NCBI GenBank assembly: GCA_001687465.1
Contig: LVLI01000194.1
Span: 124,001-188,000 of the forward strand
Source of the DNA: Halocafeteria seosinensis
Taxonomy: Eukaryota
DNA: 64,000 nt
Reading direction: 5' to 3'
Numbering within the stretch: the stretch's first letter is position 1; each line of letters begins with the position of its first letter. The position numbers were made by a program, and so were the translations under genes. Under the pieces are notes generated by a model. The model was not told the DNA's origin. It did not search any database and was given only the letters and a program-made list of their open reading frames with translations. Positions 51,291 to 64,000 of the stretch are shown here, piece after piece.

Positions 51291-51801
51291 CAGAAGTTCG
51301 GTTTCGTCGCACGCAGAGTTCCGTTCGCAACAAGCAGTCTATACGTTTGAAAAATAAATGAGACAATTAACACTGTGTGTATATCGATAACTCGTATACT
51401 ATGATGTGGAGATTAACAATATCGACACTAATTACTGTGCAACTGTATCGGCAACATAACACTTCCTCCCCCGACCCAACAGCCGGGCCCCAGCAGATTC
51501 CCGGCACAACTGCAACGGGTAGTAGGCAACATATACGCGAGGTTGAAAAACCTAAAAGGCAAGAAGAACATATGGGGAGCTCAGGCTAGTTCTAGGGAGA
51601 TGCTTTGATCGCCCGTAGCTAGAAAGCGAGATTGAGCAACAAAATACTGGACCGACTGGCGTCTGTGAGCACTCATGACAACTACGCGACTTACCAAAGG
51701 CCGGTTCCAACCAAGTTCCATCACTATTCCTGGCAGACTCCCTACGGTGACCCAAATTTAGTTTAGACTACACACGTGGCTATGTACTTTATGTACGCAG
51801 C

Positions 51802-51953
51802 TCCATCATACCAGTAGATAGTCGCCTCTACCCTTTAAAGACATGAAAAAACTTCCACATCGCTATCGTGATTTTGTTCCATCATACCAGTAAATAGTCG
51901 CCTCTACCCTTTAAAGACATGAAAAAACTTCCACATCGCTATTGTGGTTTTGT
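51802..51953. repeat. Two-copy tandem duplication, period 76 bp
   Basis: tccatcataccagta...ttttgt at 51802 and 51878, 3 substitutions counted by eye. Confidence 0.93.
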
Positions 51954-52070
51954 CATGTTATACGAAGCAAACGGTTGCTGCAAGCCCAACAAGAGATCCG
52001 CGGAGTGCATGCTATCTCTAGCTGTTAAGATAAGCTCCACTTAAAAGAACAAGCATGCAAACAGATACTT

Positions 52071-54038
52071 CTACCTAGAGCTCAAAGAAAGTAGACTACA
52101 CCTTTGCCTCCTACATTCTTGTTGGGAACAGGGAGGTGAGGAGGACGCCGCACTTCTGTACTCGGGTTCGGAAGAGCCCTGACCGCCACGTTCCTCCAAG
52201 AAGTGAACGCAGCGCTCGCAATACCATTCGCCTTCGGGAATCCTCTCGAGACCGACGCAGGGAAAATGGGCTCCTCTGCCACAGCGACCGTCACACAATA
52301 GTAACATGCATGGTTCACCTCCCTGGTTGCACACGTAGCAAGTGGCTTCAAGTTCTTCCCTAGTATAACCGTTGTAGGCTGGTACGAGGTTTCCATCAAC
52401 AGTCCTTATCCATTCCACTGCAATGTAGTTCTCTATCAAGCTAGGTGGAGGGGTAACAACAGTTTGGTCGAGCACCTTCACCCGTCCTGCTACAGAACTG
52501 GTCCTTTGTATCAAGGAAAATGTCCCTTTGCATATCGGGCATTTGTTACTAATTTTAGACCATTTCAAAATACAATGATAATGATAGCAATGCCTGCAGC
52601 CATTGAGTATACCATATTGGTCATAGGCGACCTGTTCTGTGCATATGATGCACTCTAAAGGTTCCTCGTTTAAGCTGTCATTTGTATCAAGTGCGTCCGA
52701 GCAATTGCGCCTTCGTTTCCTACGGCTCTGTTCTTCCGCATCACTACGAATTGATGAAGCTAGTCTAAGAAGTGTATCTCGTTTGCAGCTTTCAGCGTCA
52801 GCGGGCTTTGCCACTTCAATAGTACAAGTCCTCCGTGGGTTCTCTAGTTGCAAGAAATCGCAAATTCTCTTCGCTGCATTCATAGCAGCTTTTCTCGGAC
52901 TTGGCTTTGATAGGCGATACCGAAAATCCTGAAATAGATCATAGAGTGAGACATGGCTACCAAGAGCTGTCGAAGTCTCGGAAGGCAGGGCACGGTTTGT
53001 AGCTCGAGTTGCAGGTCTTTCGTACTTCGAAACCATACTGATCTCTTGGAGTTTTGGACTCCTATTGATAGGTCGTTTACACTGATAGTCACGCACTGAA
53101 GCCGATATCTGCAAGTTACGGTACGAATACGGGCGTCGAACTGTCAGCCAAAAATGTTTCCCACGGCAATTGGCTGCTTTGGTGAGCCGGCGAATCGGTG
53201 CGGGCACTTGAGGAAGTTCGCGTGGACGAAAATTATCCACACGAACAGATAGTCCGTTACTGTTTAGCTCGACGATACCGATAGATGAGCCTGTTACATC
53301 GACTATAGCCTGAAGAGTTGCCTCGTCTCCTGCTGCATCTACGTCACTCATATCTTGCAGATACCTATCGAGATCAACCAGCAGCGTATCACAGCGTCGA
53401 TGTTTGGCTTTGGTTCTGTTTACAGAGGATCGAATTAGCTCAAGAAAGTGGCTGGTATTACAGGAAATCGTAGCTAGAGCAAGTCGCCTCAAACAAACGG
53501 CAGGGCTGTGGGTGCCCGCACAAATCTTGTGGCCTATTTGAGAGGCAAGGCAATTAAATTGGTTACAATGAGCACCGCCGGCAGTTGAGCTCGCGGTTGA
53601 TGGGTTCTCTCCCTCTTCTTCAAGACCAAATCGACTAAGGAACGCGTCAAACGACATCCCTTTGAGAGCAGCGTAAGAATTACTCGTCGTATCTGCCGAG
53701 GTCAGCGACGACAACGCCGAAGATATTCGCCGTTTGACTGCTTTCTCCCGTTGAACAGCATCGGTCTTGTCATGATCTCCCTTGCCATCACTGCAATCTT
53801 CAGTGGCAGGTACGCAGTCCCGCAAATCATCCATGATTCTTCTATGAACTCCTAACGCTCTCCGCGTACATCGTATCCTTCTACTCCAACCCTCCTCCTC
53901 CTTTCTTCCACAACTCCCGGTGCTGGTATCAGATGTATCACCGTCCGAATCGTCGTCGTCCTCCTCCTCTTTGCCATAATACCTGACGGTAGACGACGCT
54001 CTATGCGTACTTCTCGTATGATAAATATGGCGCTCCAT
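52071..54038 (-). CDS. OTU-like domain + RING-H2 + PHD finger protein
   Basis: OTU-like NQFNCLASQI...YLQDMS...GDEATLQAIVD; RING CIIC...CRHCYHYHCILKWSKISNKCPIC; PHD CYVC...LLLCDGRCGRGAHFPCVGL..IPEGEWYCERC. Confidence 0.8.
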   Translation of the reverse strand: MERHIYHTRSTHRASSTVRYYGKEEEDDDDSDGDTSDTSTGSCGRKEEEGWSRRIRCTRRALGVHRRIMDDLRDCVPATEDCSDGKGDHDKTDAVQREKAVKRRISSALSSLTSADTTSNSYAALKGMSFDAFLSRFGLEEEGENPSTASSTAGGAHCNQFNCLASQIGHKICAGTHSPAVCLRRLALATISCNTSHFLELIRSSVNRTKAKHRRCDTLLVDLDRYLQDMSDVDAAGDEATLQAIVDVTGSSIGIVELNSNGLSVRVDNFRPRELPQVPAPIRRLTKAANCRGKHFWLTVRRPYSYRNLQISASVRDYQCKRPINRSPKLQEISMVSKYERPATRATNRALPSETSTALGSHVSLYDLFQDFRYRLSKPSPRKAAMNAAKRICDFLQLENPRRTCTIEVAKPADAESCKRDTLLRLASSIRSDAEEQSRRKRRRNCSDALDTNDSLNEEPLECIICTEQVAYDQYGILNGCRHCYHYHCILKWSKISNKCPICKGTFSLIQRTSSVAGRVKVLDQTVVTPPPSLIENYIAVEWIRTVDGNLVPAYNGYTREELEATCYVCNQGGEPCMLLLCDGRCGRGAHFPCVGLERIPEGEWYCERCVHFLEERGGQGSSEPEYRSAASSSPPCSQQECRRQRCSLLSLSSR

Positions 54039-54365
54039 CTCACAGGGCGCAAGGCTTTCTTCCTGAAGCCAACCAAAGGTAAATCTAAACGAGCCAATTT
54101 CAGTCAACGAGTGTGTAGTATGATGAGCATCTCTCACCTCGATCTCGTTCACTTTTATTTATTTATTTTTCATTCATTCATTGGACCATACCCCAATGAT
54201 TAACTTAACCAAACCCGGTACATTCACAGCGACTCCGAGCCTGTCCCAGGACCCAGGTGGATATGCATTTCAAGATTCAAGTTGTTCCTTATTGTATGTA
54301 TGTATGCATGTTAGCAATTGTGTTTAGCTAGCTAGTCAGGTAGATCGTGTAGTAATAGCTTTGTC

Positions 54366-55560
54366 ATGGAGAGAAATGGGCGAAATACACCGGGAGGAGC
54401 GATTCCTCCTTCCGGAGAGGGAGGAGGCAAGCGCATTACGCACGACCGGAAGGCCATGCAGAAGCTCATGCTCTTTGGAGTGCTCTTAGTCGTCTCATTG
54501 GTTATGATTTTCCAGTTCATTGTGTCGCGGCCACCGTTGAGGTAGGTGTATATGTGCGCTGAAGTTGAACCCCGTCAAGGAAACCACGGCTTTTTCGCAG
54601 TGATGAATGCTCCCATATTGGACTCAGCACGCTCGTTCGTGGAGGCATGGTAGGTAGCTTAGACTTGCATATCTGGTGTTTGGATGGAATAACCATGAAT
54701 TCATATGCTTGCGCAGCCGACATTTCTTGGAGGTGATGGGGATCCCTTGGGGACAACTAAAGTATTATGGAAATGCGCAGAGGAGTATAGGAAGGACCAC
54801 CCCGGCAGTGTCTTAGGTATATACATTGTCTGCTATATTGCTCTGCAAGCGTTTGCTATCCCCGGGCCCTTACTGCTGTCTATATTGGCGGGCGCCATGT
54901 ATCCGCTTTTGTTTGCCCAAGTACGTCTCGAGTTCTGCCTCTTTGGCCATACTGGTAATGTCTAAAACCTCTTGTTGCAGCTGCTCATACTTATATGCTC
55001 CACTACTGGCTCTGTGTTGGCATACCTACTTTCACGTACGCTCGGAGAAGAATTGTTACAATGGTGTTGGCCAACAATGATTGACCGTTTTCGCCAGAAG
55101 GTTAGTTTTTTGCTGCATGAAGTTCTTCCTGGGAATGAACAGTGCTTGGAATACATCAACTGGAATGCAGGTTCAAGAAAACAAGGATAATTTGTTCTAT
55201 TACATGTTGTTTCTACGACTGACACCTATAATGCCGAATTGGTTTGTGAATATAGCTTGTCCAATTGTAGGTGTGCCGCTTTCGTGCTTCATTGGGGCGA
55301 CCGCCCTGGGTAAGTCCCAGAGTATTTTCATCATATGCGAAACCTGCTGAGTTTCTCACACGACGAGATCTTTTCCAGGCTTGCTCCCGGCAAATTATTT
55401 TCACGTAACTACGGGCAGTACACTATCTACGATGACGAGCCTTTCGTTTTGGGATAATAAATGGGCACTACTGACATTATTGTGCCTTCAATTTCTGGCG
55501 TTAGCTCCCGCAATCTTCAAGAACAAGATTTCTCAGAAAGCGAAGAAGTTTGTGAAATGA
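54366..55560 (+). CDS. TMEM41: TMEM41 (VTT/DedA) membrane protein, multi-exon
   Basis: YIALQAFAIPGPLLLSILAGAMY, CSTTGSVLAYLLS, YMLFLRLTPIMPNWFVNIACP. Confidence 0.9.
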
Positions 55561-55574
55561 TATCCTCAATCCAA

Positions 55575-57037
55575 TCACGCACCGAACCCTGCGGCTTGTC
55601 CTATGAGTCCGATTATTCCACCGAAAACGTTTCCCCAAACGATCAACCAACCTAGGTGCTTTCGAATGACGCGCTCCATAAGCCTTTTAACTTTTAGAGG
55701 AGTAAGTTGTTTCAGTTTTTCCGTCATCAAGGAATCGATCTCTGCCCTGATAGCGTGGGCATCGATGAAATCACGAGAGTCAAACTTTGCAATCAGCATA
55801 TCGACAGCTTCTTGCCCGAAAGAGGAGATTAATGGCTTAAGGTGAGGAGCTAATCCTTCAGGGGTGCCTCCGCCTGCTGTAAACATGGCCATATTGATTA
55901 ACTGACCGGTTTGGTCATTTCTAGTGGACAACTCTCTCAGTCGGGAAGCTATGATCCCATCAACTTCTTCAGATTGCAACGCTTGCTTGATCTGTACCGA
56001 TCGCGGAAGGAGATTTATTCGCGTTTCTAGCAGTCTTTATGGCTGGAAGCTTACCTTGTCCTTGATTGTCCCTTTATAATTGGATAATATATCTTTGGCG
56101 CGATCACCCAAATATTGTTGTAAGTATGCTTCATCGAAGAAGCTGACCATGATGGTGGATTTAACCTGTGAGCAGTAGGTGAGTAGGTGTATCATGCTCA
56201 GCGGTGATATTGCCTCCCGTGCCTATCACTTACAGATTCGCGAATTTCTCTGAAACGAGAGGGAATGACCCCACTCCCGAACAGTCCCGGGACTTTGTCG
56301 AACAGCATTTTCACTGCTAGCCAGTTTGTTATACCGCCGGCAAACGAAAAAAGTCCACCGGATAGAACGTATTTTGCCCATACATCTGTTTCGAGGATAC
56401 CAGTATGTCTGGCTGAATATACAAGCGTAGATAAAGCTCCAAGTCACTTACCATCTGTCTCGCTGACGCCTACAATACCAACAAGCAGAATTATAAAGGC
56501 TATGATATTTGAGATGTTGTTAACAGCGAGGATAATCCTGTGCCAGGTGATTCATGCAGTGCCTAGGCTGCACAAAATACCCGCGAAGAGCGCAATATCT
56601 GAACTTACTCGCGCCAGCTCTCATACGGCTTTTCCTCACTTAGCAAGTCATGGCCTCCTTCATTGTTCTGGAAGATGCGTGACAATTTGTGTATCCATTT
56701 CCTGTGAACATGACCTGACGTGATGTCAACTTACTTCTGAGACATTTGATTTCTGAGTCAATAGCACTTGGGCAGAGCTTGCACCAGCAGATACATCAAT
56801 GTTGCCACTTGATCCTCGTGGCTTGCTCAAACTGCTGCCTTGAGTAGAACCATTTCGCGCTTGAAATTGAGTACCATTGCTAACGTCCACGTTTTGGACA
56901 TTCTGTTCTTCACCTTGTCCCGAGCCATGTTGATGTCGCTCGTCAGAGCGAGGTTGGACATTGATGTGCACTGCATTGTTGGCCTCCATGGACTGATATT
57001 GTGTCTCTTTGGCCTCTTTATCTGGACTGCTTGCCAT
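55575..57037 (-). CDS. DUF445-family membrane protein, multi-exon
   Basis: GGLFSFAGGITNWLAVKMLFDKVPGLFGSGVIPSRF and C-terminal LTPLKVKRLMERVIRKHLGWLIVWGNVFGGIIG. Confidence 0.8.
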
Positions 57038-57441
57038 TTCTGCGCTTCTCACTTCCAGAAGGTTCGATACTGCGTTTCGACGAACACGAATACTGAATAC
57101 AGAACTTCGTTCCTTCTAAAGACTGCCATACGGTATTGAAACGCCTACCACTAACGAAGACAAAAATTTCGGGCGGAAGTCTAGTGACAAAACAATGTCG
57201 ATCGACTCTGGAATCATTGTACGTGTAGATCTCTGTTCTGTGAAGCAACAAGCTAAACTAACGGGGATCGAGCCATCCAGGGGCGAAAATAGTCTCCCCT
57301 CATTTCATTATCATTGAGGTTGCATGATTACGGAAATATAGAGGATAGTTTGACGAACGTGACACTCCACTTCCGTTAGCTTGGATAAGCCTTGGTTGAG
57401 CGTGTGTTTTTCTTGAGGACCCAAGAAGACCGACCGTGTGC

Positions 57442-59218
57442 ATGGTTGCTGATAAGCTTGCCAAGATGAAGGGCGGGTTCCGTCAGAATGCTCGCCGCAT
57501 GTGGCGAAGAGCCCGCTCNTGGTGGTTCGTCCTTCCTCCGGCAGCGTCGGCGGCTGCTGTAGGCACCAGCTCAGCCACGGCCAACCCCGGGGCCAAGCCC
57601 ATGCTGGTGGCTCCGACTCCCCCGTAAGTCAACTGGCCGTATTGAGTATACGCCGAAGCAACGTTTCATTTTTCGGCCCTTTATGTATGCTTTACTCTTC
57701 ACTGGATCGTGCACGCAGAGATGTAGCCAACAAGGGGTTTAATGGCACCGTAGCGAAGGGATCAAGTATCTCCACCTATCGCGCAAACGACCTATTGGAG
57801 GACAGACATCTCATCCAACGAGATGACAAGAAGCTCATGGCCGCCGTCTTGGATGGCCACGGGGGATGGCAAGCGGCAGAGTTTGTTGTAAGTCCCATTG
57901 CTCCCCGTGTGGAATTGACGCAAAGAATTCCATCTAATCGATACGGAGCTGCAGAAAAACAACCTGTGGAAAGCGGTCTTAAATGAGTTACAACATGTTC
58001 CAGATTCAGATAATCCCAGGATAGTAGGTTTGATGAAAATGACTTCCTTGCTTCCTTTCATTTCTTGGTAATTGTGGTTTCTGGATTGTTTCCTGAACAG
58101 CTTGGGCACGTGTTAACCCGGGCATATGAACGAGTAGACCGCATGTGGATGTCAAGTGTAAGGCAAGCGTTTGACTTGGGATTTGGCGAAACTGCTAGAG
58201 TGGGATCGTGCTGTGTCGGTGCTTTATTCACCGGCTCGTATATTGTCGTTGCCAACTGTAAGAAGTATGAAACAAGTAGTGTAGATGGACGTTGATTTTG
58301 TTGGAGTTTTGTGCTGCAGCTGGAGACTGTCGCGCCGTGGTAGCACAAAGAGCGGACTCATCCGGTGAACACAATCAGGACCAAACGTATCGCGCAATGA
58401 ATCTTTCTCGGGACCACAATGCGAAACATATTGAGGAACAGGAACACCTCAGCAAAGAGCACCCGGGAGAACAAGACGTCGTCTTGTGTAGGCACCCAGA
58501 CTCCTGTTATGTAAAGGGCAGGTTACAACCAACCCGGTCGTTTGGTAAGTCGTTAACGAATCAAGATGCAAGAAAGGACCTTGGCAGTGTTAAACTTCAC
58601 GATCGCTGGAGCAGGTGACTTATACCTGAAGTACGCTGAGTTCAATGGTGTACCAGGACAGAGGCAATACGGACGGCATATATCTCCACCATACACGCCT
58701 CCTTATATAACCGTTTCTCCGGAGGTATGTTGAACGGATCTTTGGTTTAAGGCGAGTTTGTTGTGACTCAATTATGTCATTCTATTGTTACGCAGGTCCG
58801 GGTGCACAGTATAGACCGCGAGAAAGATGCGTTCGTCATTCTAGCATGTGACGGGGTGTGGGACGTACTCAGTAGTGATGAAGCCGTCCAATTTGTTGTC
58901 AATGACAATGGTGACCGTGAGTCTGTTGCGGCTCGCTTGACAGAACATGTACTTCGAAAGAATGCGGGGGCTGCCAAGCTATCATTAGATCAGTTGATGC
59001 AAATACCACCTGGCCGCGGAAGAAGAAGGTTACACGATGACATTACAATAGTTGTAGTATTCTTAGATACTGATGCTGGTGAACAAATTTGCCACGGTGG
59101 AATCAAAGAGGTAGAAGCATCCTGGTGGAATATGCTCTCAGGGTGGTTGTTCTCCCCACCTGCTCCTCCCGAACAAGGCAAACGGCAGAAACAAGATCAG
59201 CAGAATCCCTCTCGTTAG
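57442..59218 (+). CDS. PP2C/PPM phosphatase (pyruvate dehydrogenase phosphatase-like), multi-exon
   Basis: YRANDLLEDR, VLDGHGG, VANSGDCRAV, LSRDHNA, VKGRLQPTRSFGD, ILACDGVWD, HDDITIVVV. Confidence 0.9.
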
Positions 59219-59354
59219 TAAAGCTGTTTGGCCCAGTTGTGAGTGAGTTGGTTTATCCTTGTATAAATGCTTTAAAACACGGTCTGAGCTTCTTCGATGC
59301 CGAACACCTGACACTTATCCTGTACTTACACGAAGCCGAGATTCGAGAGGACAT

Positions 59355-59839
59355 TCTGTAGGATGCATATGCGTAGCCTTCTGTAGTCTCCGGGAACCGA
59401 CTATAAATATAGCCAAAGAAGAAAAAAAATAAAAAATCATCATCACGTACCGTTGTAATAGTCGAACGAAACAACATTTTCCTTTACTTGAAACTTTTCT
59501 CCCTATAATTGATTGTTTTCTTCATTCCAGATGAATGTTGTGAATGTAGGGATATAGTATGCAAACTCATGAGCAACCTGTTCTGGTGCTCTACCGTCTG
59601 TAGGATGCATATGCGTAGCCTTCTGTAGTCTCCGGGAACCGACTATAAATATAGCCAAAGAAGAAAAAAAATAAAAAATCATCATCACGTACCGTTGTAA
59701 TAGTCGAACGAAACAACATTTTCCTTTACTTGAAACTTTTCTCCCTATAATTGATTGTTTTCTTCATTCCAGATGAATGTTGTGAATGTAGGGATATAGT
59801 ATGCAAACTCATGAGCAACCTATTCTGGTGCTCTACCGT
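59355..59839. repeat. Near-perfect two-copy tandem duplication, period 242 bp
   Basis: tctgtaggatgcat...ctctaccg at 59355 and 59597; one substitution seen (acctGttc vs acctAttc). Confidence 0.95.
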
Positions 59840-60431
59840 AGTTCGCCAATTTTTCCGTTGGTCCCGTACAGTATCGACCCGGTCTGTGGTCATATCAGCC
59901 TTTCTGGCTCCATTCCATTCTACGTTATCCCAGGCTGTGCCTACTGATTCATTCACGAGCCACGCAACGGGAAGTACAGTACTCCGAGTACACCTTTCAG
60001 ACAATATCCTATATTCGCTTACTTCAGTGTAGGTTGTGACAAATGAATTCGGTGTAACAGTTTTTTGAACTTTCGTCTCGATAGACCACCAACAACACAA
60101 CAGGCTGCTGACTCGGGAGCTTGCATACATGCACAACGATAATCTGGAAAGACGAGCACAGGAATCATTTAATTGAAATTTTCCTGGCTATAACTATAAT
60201 TCGTACTGGTCTGTCGGGTTCCATTTCTATTTATAGTCGTTCCTAGTGAATACATTAATTTAACGAATGTGCACCCTACAAACCCTCCAGGGTGTCTTAC
60301 ATTATGTGTACGCACATTTTACCGGGAGGGATTAATTAAAGCAGAGGAAAACAACGAAAAATCGTTCATTGTTTACTGTGTGTTTCGATTGTGGTTGCGG
60401 AGTTTAGATAACCAGAATGTTGTCTCGACAA

Positions 60432-62050
<1,619 letters not shown>

Positions 62051-62130
62051 AATTAGCATACGAGTGGAGCCGCTTTTACTGTTGCTATATATATATGTTG
62101 CATAAACGGGCACAACAATGAAAGCACCAA

Positions 62131-64000
62131 TCATAGTGTACCGATAGCTTCATTCACTATAGACTCTGCCATTTCTCTAGCCATAGCAGTACTCTGAAAT
62201 GCGGATGCGATTCTATCCCGGAAGGCTGCTCCACTAACGTGTTGGTGAGAGTTGTGTAACCATGTGGCTCCGAAGGGATCGAACCGCACTGCACACGCTC
62301 CCGGTTTCAGAGTCCCACTGGTCGTCTCAGAGCCTGCTTGGTTGTCCTTCCGCTTTGATTCCTTCGAACGGCTTGTGTTTTCTGTATCAGTTCCTGCATA
62401 GACGTATTGGCGGTACCAAGTGGATTTCACACTAGTTATAGGAAGCACATGTATTGAAGTAGCATCTCGGAATGGAGGCTCTCCTCTGCCTGAATTGTTC
62501 CTTTCGTTGCCACCTACTGTATCGGCCACAAAACCAAACTGAGTGCAGAGCATTTCTTCCATCATAAGACACGTCTTTGTTGGAGTGTGATTGGGCAAAG
62601 TACATTGCTCAGCGCTAGTCTCTGTAATACTTGCACAGGCACAAAGCGGCTGCTTGATGAGAGTCACACCCTGATAAAAGGGTAACGGAGGGTTTTTCGG
62701 AATCCACTGCGAGGGAACTTTGTGTCGTTCCCTATAGGAGTAATCAATCTGATCTGGGTGAAGACCCGCGGAAGGGGACCATTGTTTGGAGGACACCGCA
62801 ATCGTTCGGTCGCAGTTCAACACGTTTTTATCCCAACAGCCCTCGACCCGAGTGACCAATAGGTTTAGTTGCTGGGCCTTCCTTTGCGTATTGATCAGCC
62901 ACTCTTGGACAGCAGGTCCTCCAGTTATACCTGGAAGCCATCGAAATTCAATGTGATACGCATGGACTGGTCGGAATACCGACTCGTACAACACCTCCAC
63001 CCATTGAGGCTCGTCCTTTGAATCGGCAATGTTGATCCGAGCAAACCAATGTCGAGCACTGGTACTCCACTCAGCAGCGTAGGTGTCCGTGGACGTCCCA
63101 AAGCGTTTATAAGTTCTAAACACTTTATTGTACTCAACTACCTCAGGCAAAGGCGAAGCGTTGTCGCCAAGCAGCATTTCGGACAATCTTTGGATGTCGA
63201 CGGCTGTAGGCCTGCCCCTCGTACTTTTTGGGTTGCAAAATATGAAGGACAATAGTTCTAAAAACTTGGAACACACTGCAGTTTCTTCCCGATCAAGTTT
63301 CTTGAGGTTGTGCTTCGATATATCTTCCACATCTGTGACACCACTAAGCGCTCGTAGAAGCGTATAAGAAGGAACTATTCGAAAATGAACACTGTTAAAA
63401 TGAAGCTCATCGGACAACTTCGATTCTTCACCGGTAGCAATGATATCAAACTTGTTCCAGTTGTAGGACCGACTCGCTCCTAATCCAGATTCGGGGTAGG
63501 GGCTGGAAATTTCACCAGAACTGTGCATTACTTGACGAGAGCGTGAATGGAATGATGTACTTCGTGGAGTACTGGGCTTTTGCATGTACTTCAAACACAA
63601 GCCTACTTCACCCCCTCCGTTGGCGCTAAACTCCCTGTAAGCGTTTGCAGGAACGCTCGATAATATATTCCAGATCCTGCAAGTATAGCGAAACTTTACT
63701 AAGTCCCCACGAACAACAGGTCTATGTAGTACGTTCCCTGATTGACTCCATCCGGAACTTGCATCATACTCGGAAGAACGAAACGAAGATGCCCAACCCC
63801 ACTTCCTTCCGTAGAGTTTGATATCGACCGACTGCGATTCACCTTTGTAATAAAAGTTGTGAAACGTATGTCCCATACTCAGCGTCGCCACCAGATGACC
63901 GGAGCGATCGTCCTCAGCCATGGCTTCACTTGGTCGGGAATTGGAGTTAAAGTTGTCTCCGAGAGTCGATGACTGTACAGATCTGAGCAATAGATCTAGA
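62131..64000 (-). CDS. DEPDC5: DEPDC5/IML1 (GATOR1 subunit), C-terminal part; 5' end outside the window
   Basis: LSMGHTFH, SYNWNKFD...FRIVP, WVEVLYESVFRPVHAYHIEFRWL, EWL..TQRKAQ, QFGFVAD, RQYV match the order of DEPDC5 SHEN and CTD motifs. Confidence 0.75.
   Translation of the reverse strand, partial: LDLLLRSVQSSTLGDNFNSNSRPSEAMAEDDRSGHLVATLSMGHTFHNFYYKGESQSVDIKLYGRKWGWASSFRSSEYDASSGWSQSGNVLHRPVVRGDLVKFRYTCRIWNILSSVPANAYREFSANGGGEVGLCLKYMQKPSTPRSTSFHSRSRQVMHSSGEISSPYPESGLGASRSYNWNKFDIIATGEESKLSDELHFNSVHFRIVPSYTLLRALSGVTDVEDISKHNLKKLDREETAVCSKFLELLSFIFCNPKSTRGRPTAVDIQRLSEMLLGDNASPLPEVVEYNKVFRTYKRFGTSTDTYAAEWSTSARHWFARINIADSKDEPQWVEVLYESVFRPVHAYHIEFRWLPGITGGPAVQEWLINTQRKAQQLNLLVTRVEGCWDKNVLNCDRTIAVSSKQWSPSAGLHPDQIDYSYRERHKVPSQWIPKNPPLPFYQGVTLIKQPLCACASITETSAEQCTLPNHTPTKTCLMMEEMLCTQFGFVADTVGGNERNNSGRGEPPFRDATSIHVLPITSVKSTWYRQYVYAGTDTENTSRSKESKRKDNQAGSETTSGTLKPGACAVRFDPFGATWLHNSHQHVSGAAFRDRIASAFQSTAMAREMAESIVNEAIGTL

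Overview
Gene-dense eukaryotic nuclear DNA from a unicellular organism; the lineage cannot be fixed from sequence alone. Introns are short canonical GT-AG (mostly about 50-100 nt), spacers are often under 200 bp, and the standard genetic code is used. There are about 28 protein-coding loci, mostly housekeeping: Kelch-BTB, TatD, Tim17-family, Cmc1, a full-size ABCD transporter, HisRS, cytochrome P450 reductase, Pkr1, ERCC1, a CDK, ArfGAP, proteasome alpha-1, WDR82, acetyl-CoA synthetase, DDAH, GAR1, TRF4/PAPD5, TMEM41, DUF445, PP2C, thiolase and DEPDC5/IML1. A U1 snRNA gene is also present. The standout locus (43863-46674) is an intronless four-module fusion of glutaredoxin, DUF4395, a SLAC1/TDT channel and a BRUTUS-like hemerythrin. 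It suggests a redox- and iron/O2-regulated channel, but as assembled it carries a frameshift and an in-frame TAG. Other notable items are a pseudo-OTU-RING-PHD protein, a tandem pair of unrecognised cysteine-rich type I membrane proteins, a degenerate TraB-like protein, decayed relics (membrane-RING pseudogene, probable Tc1/mariner fragment) and four two-copy tandem duplications in spacers. All assignments are by-eye motif recognition, no searches were run, and exon boundaries are approximate.
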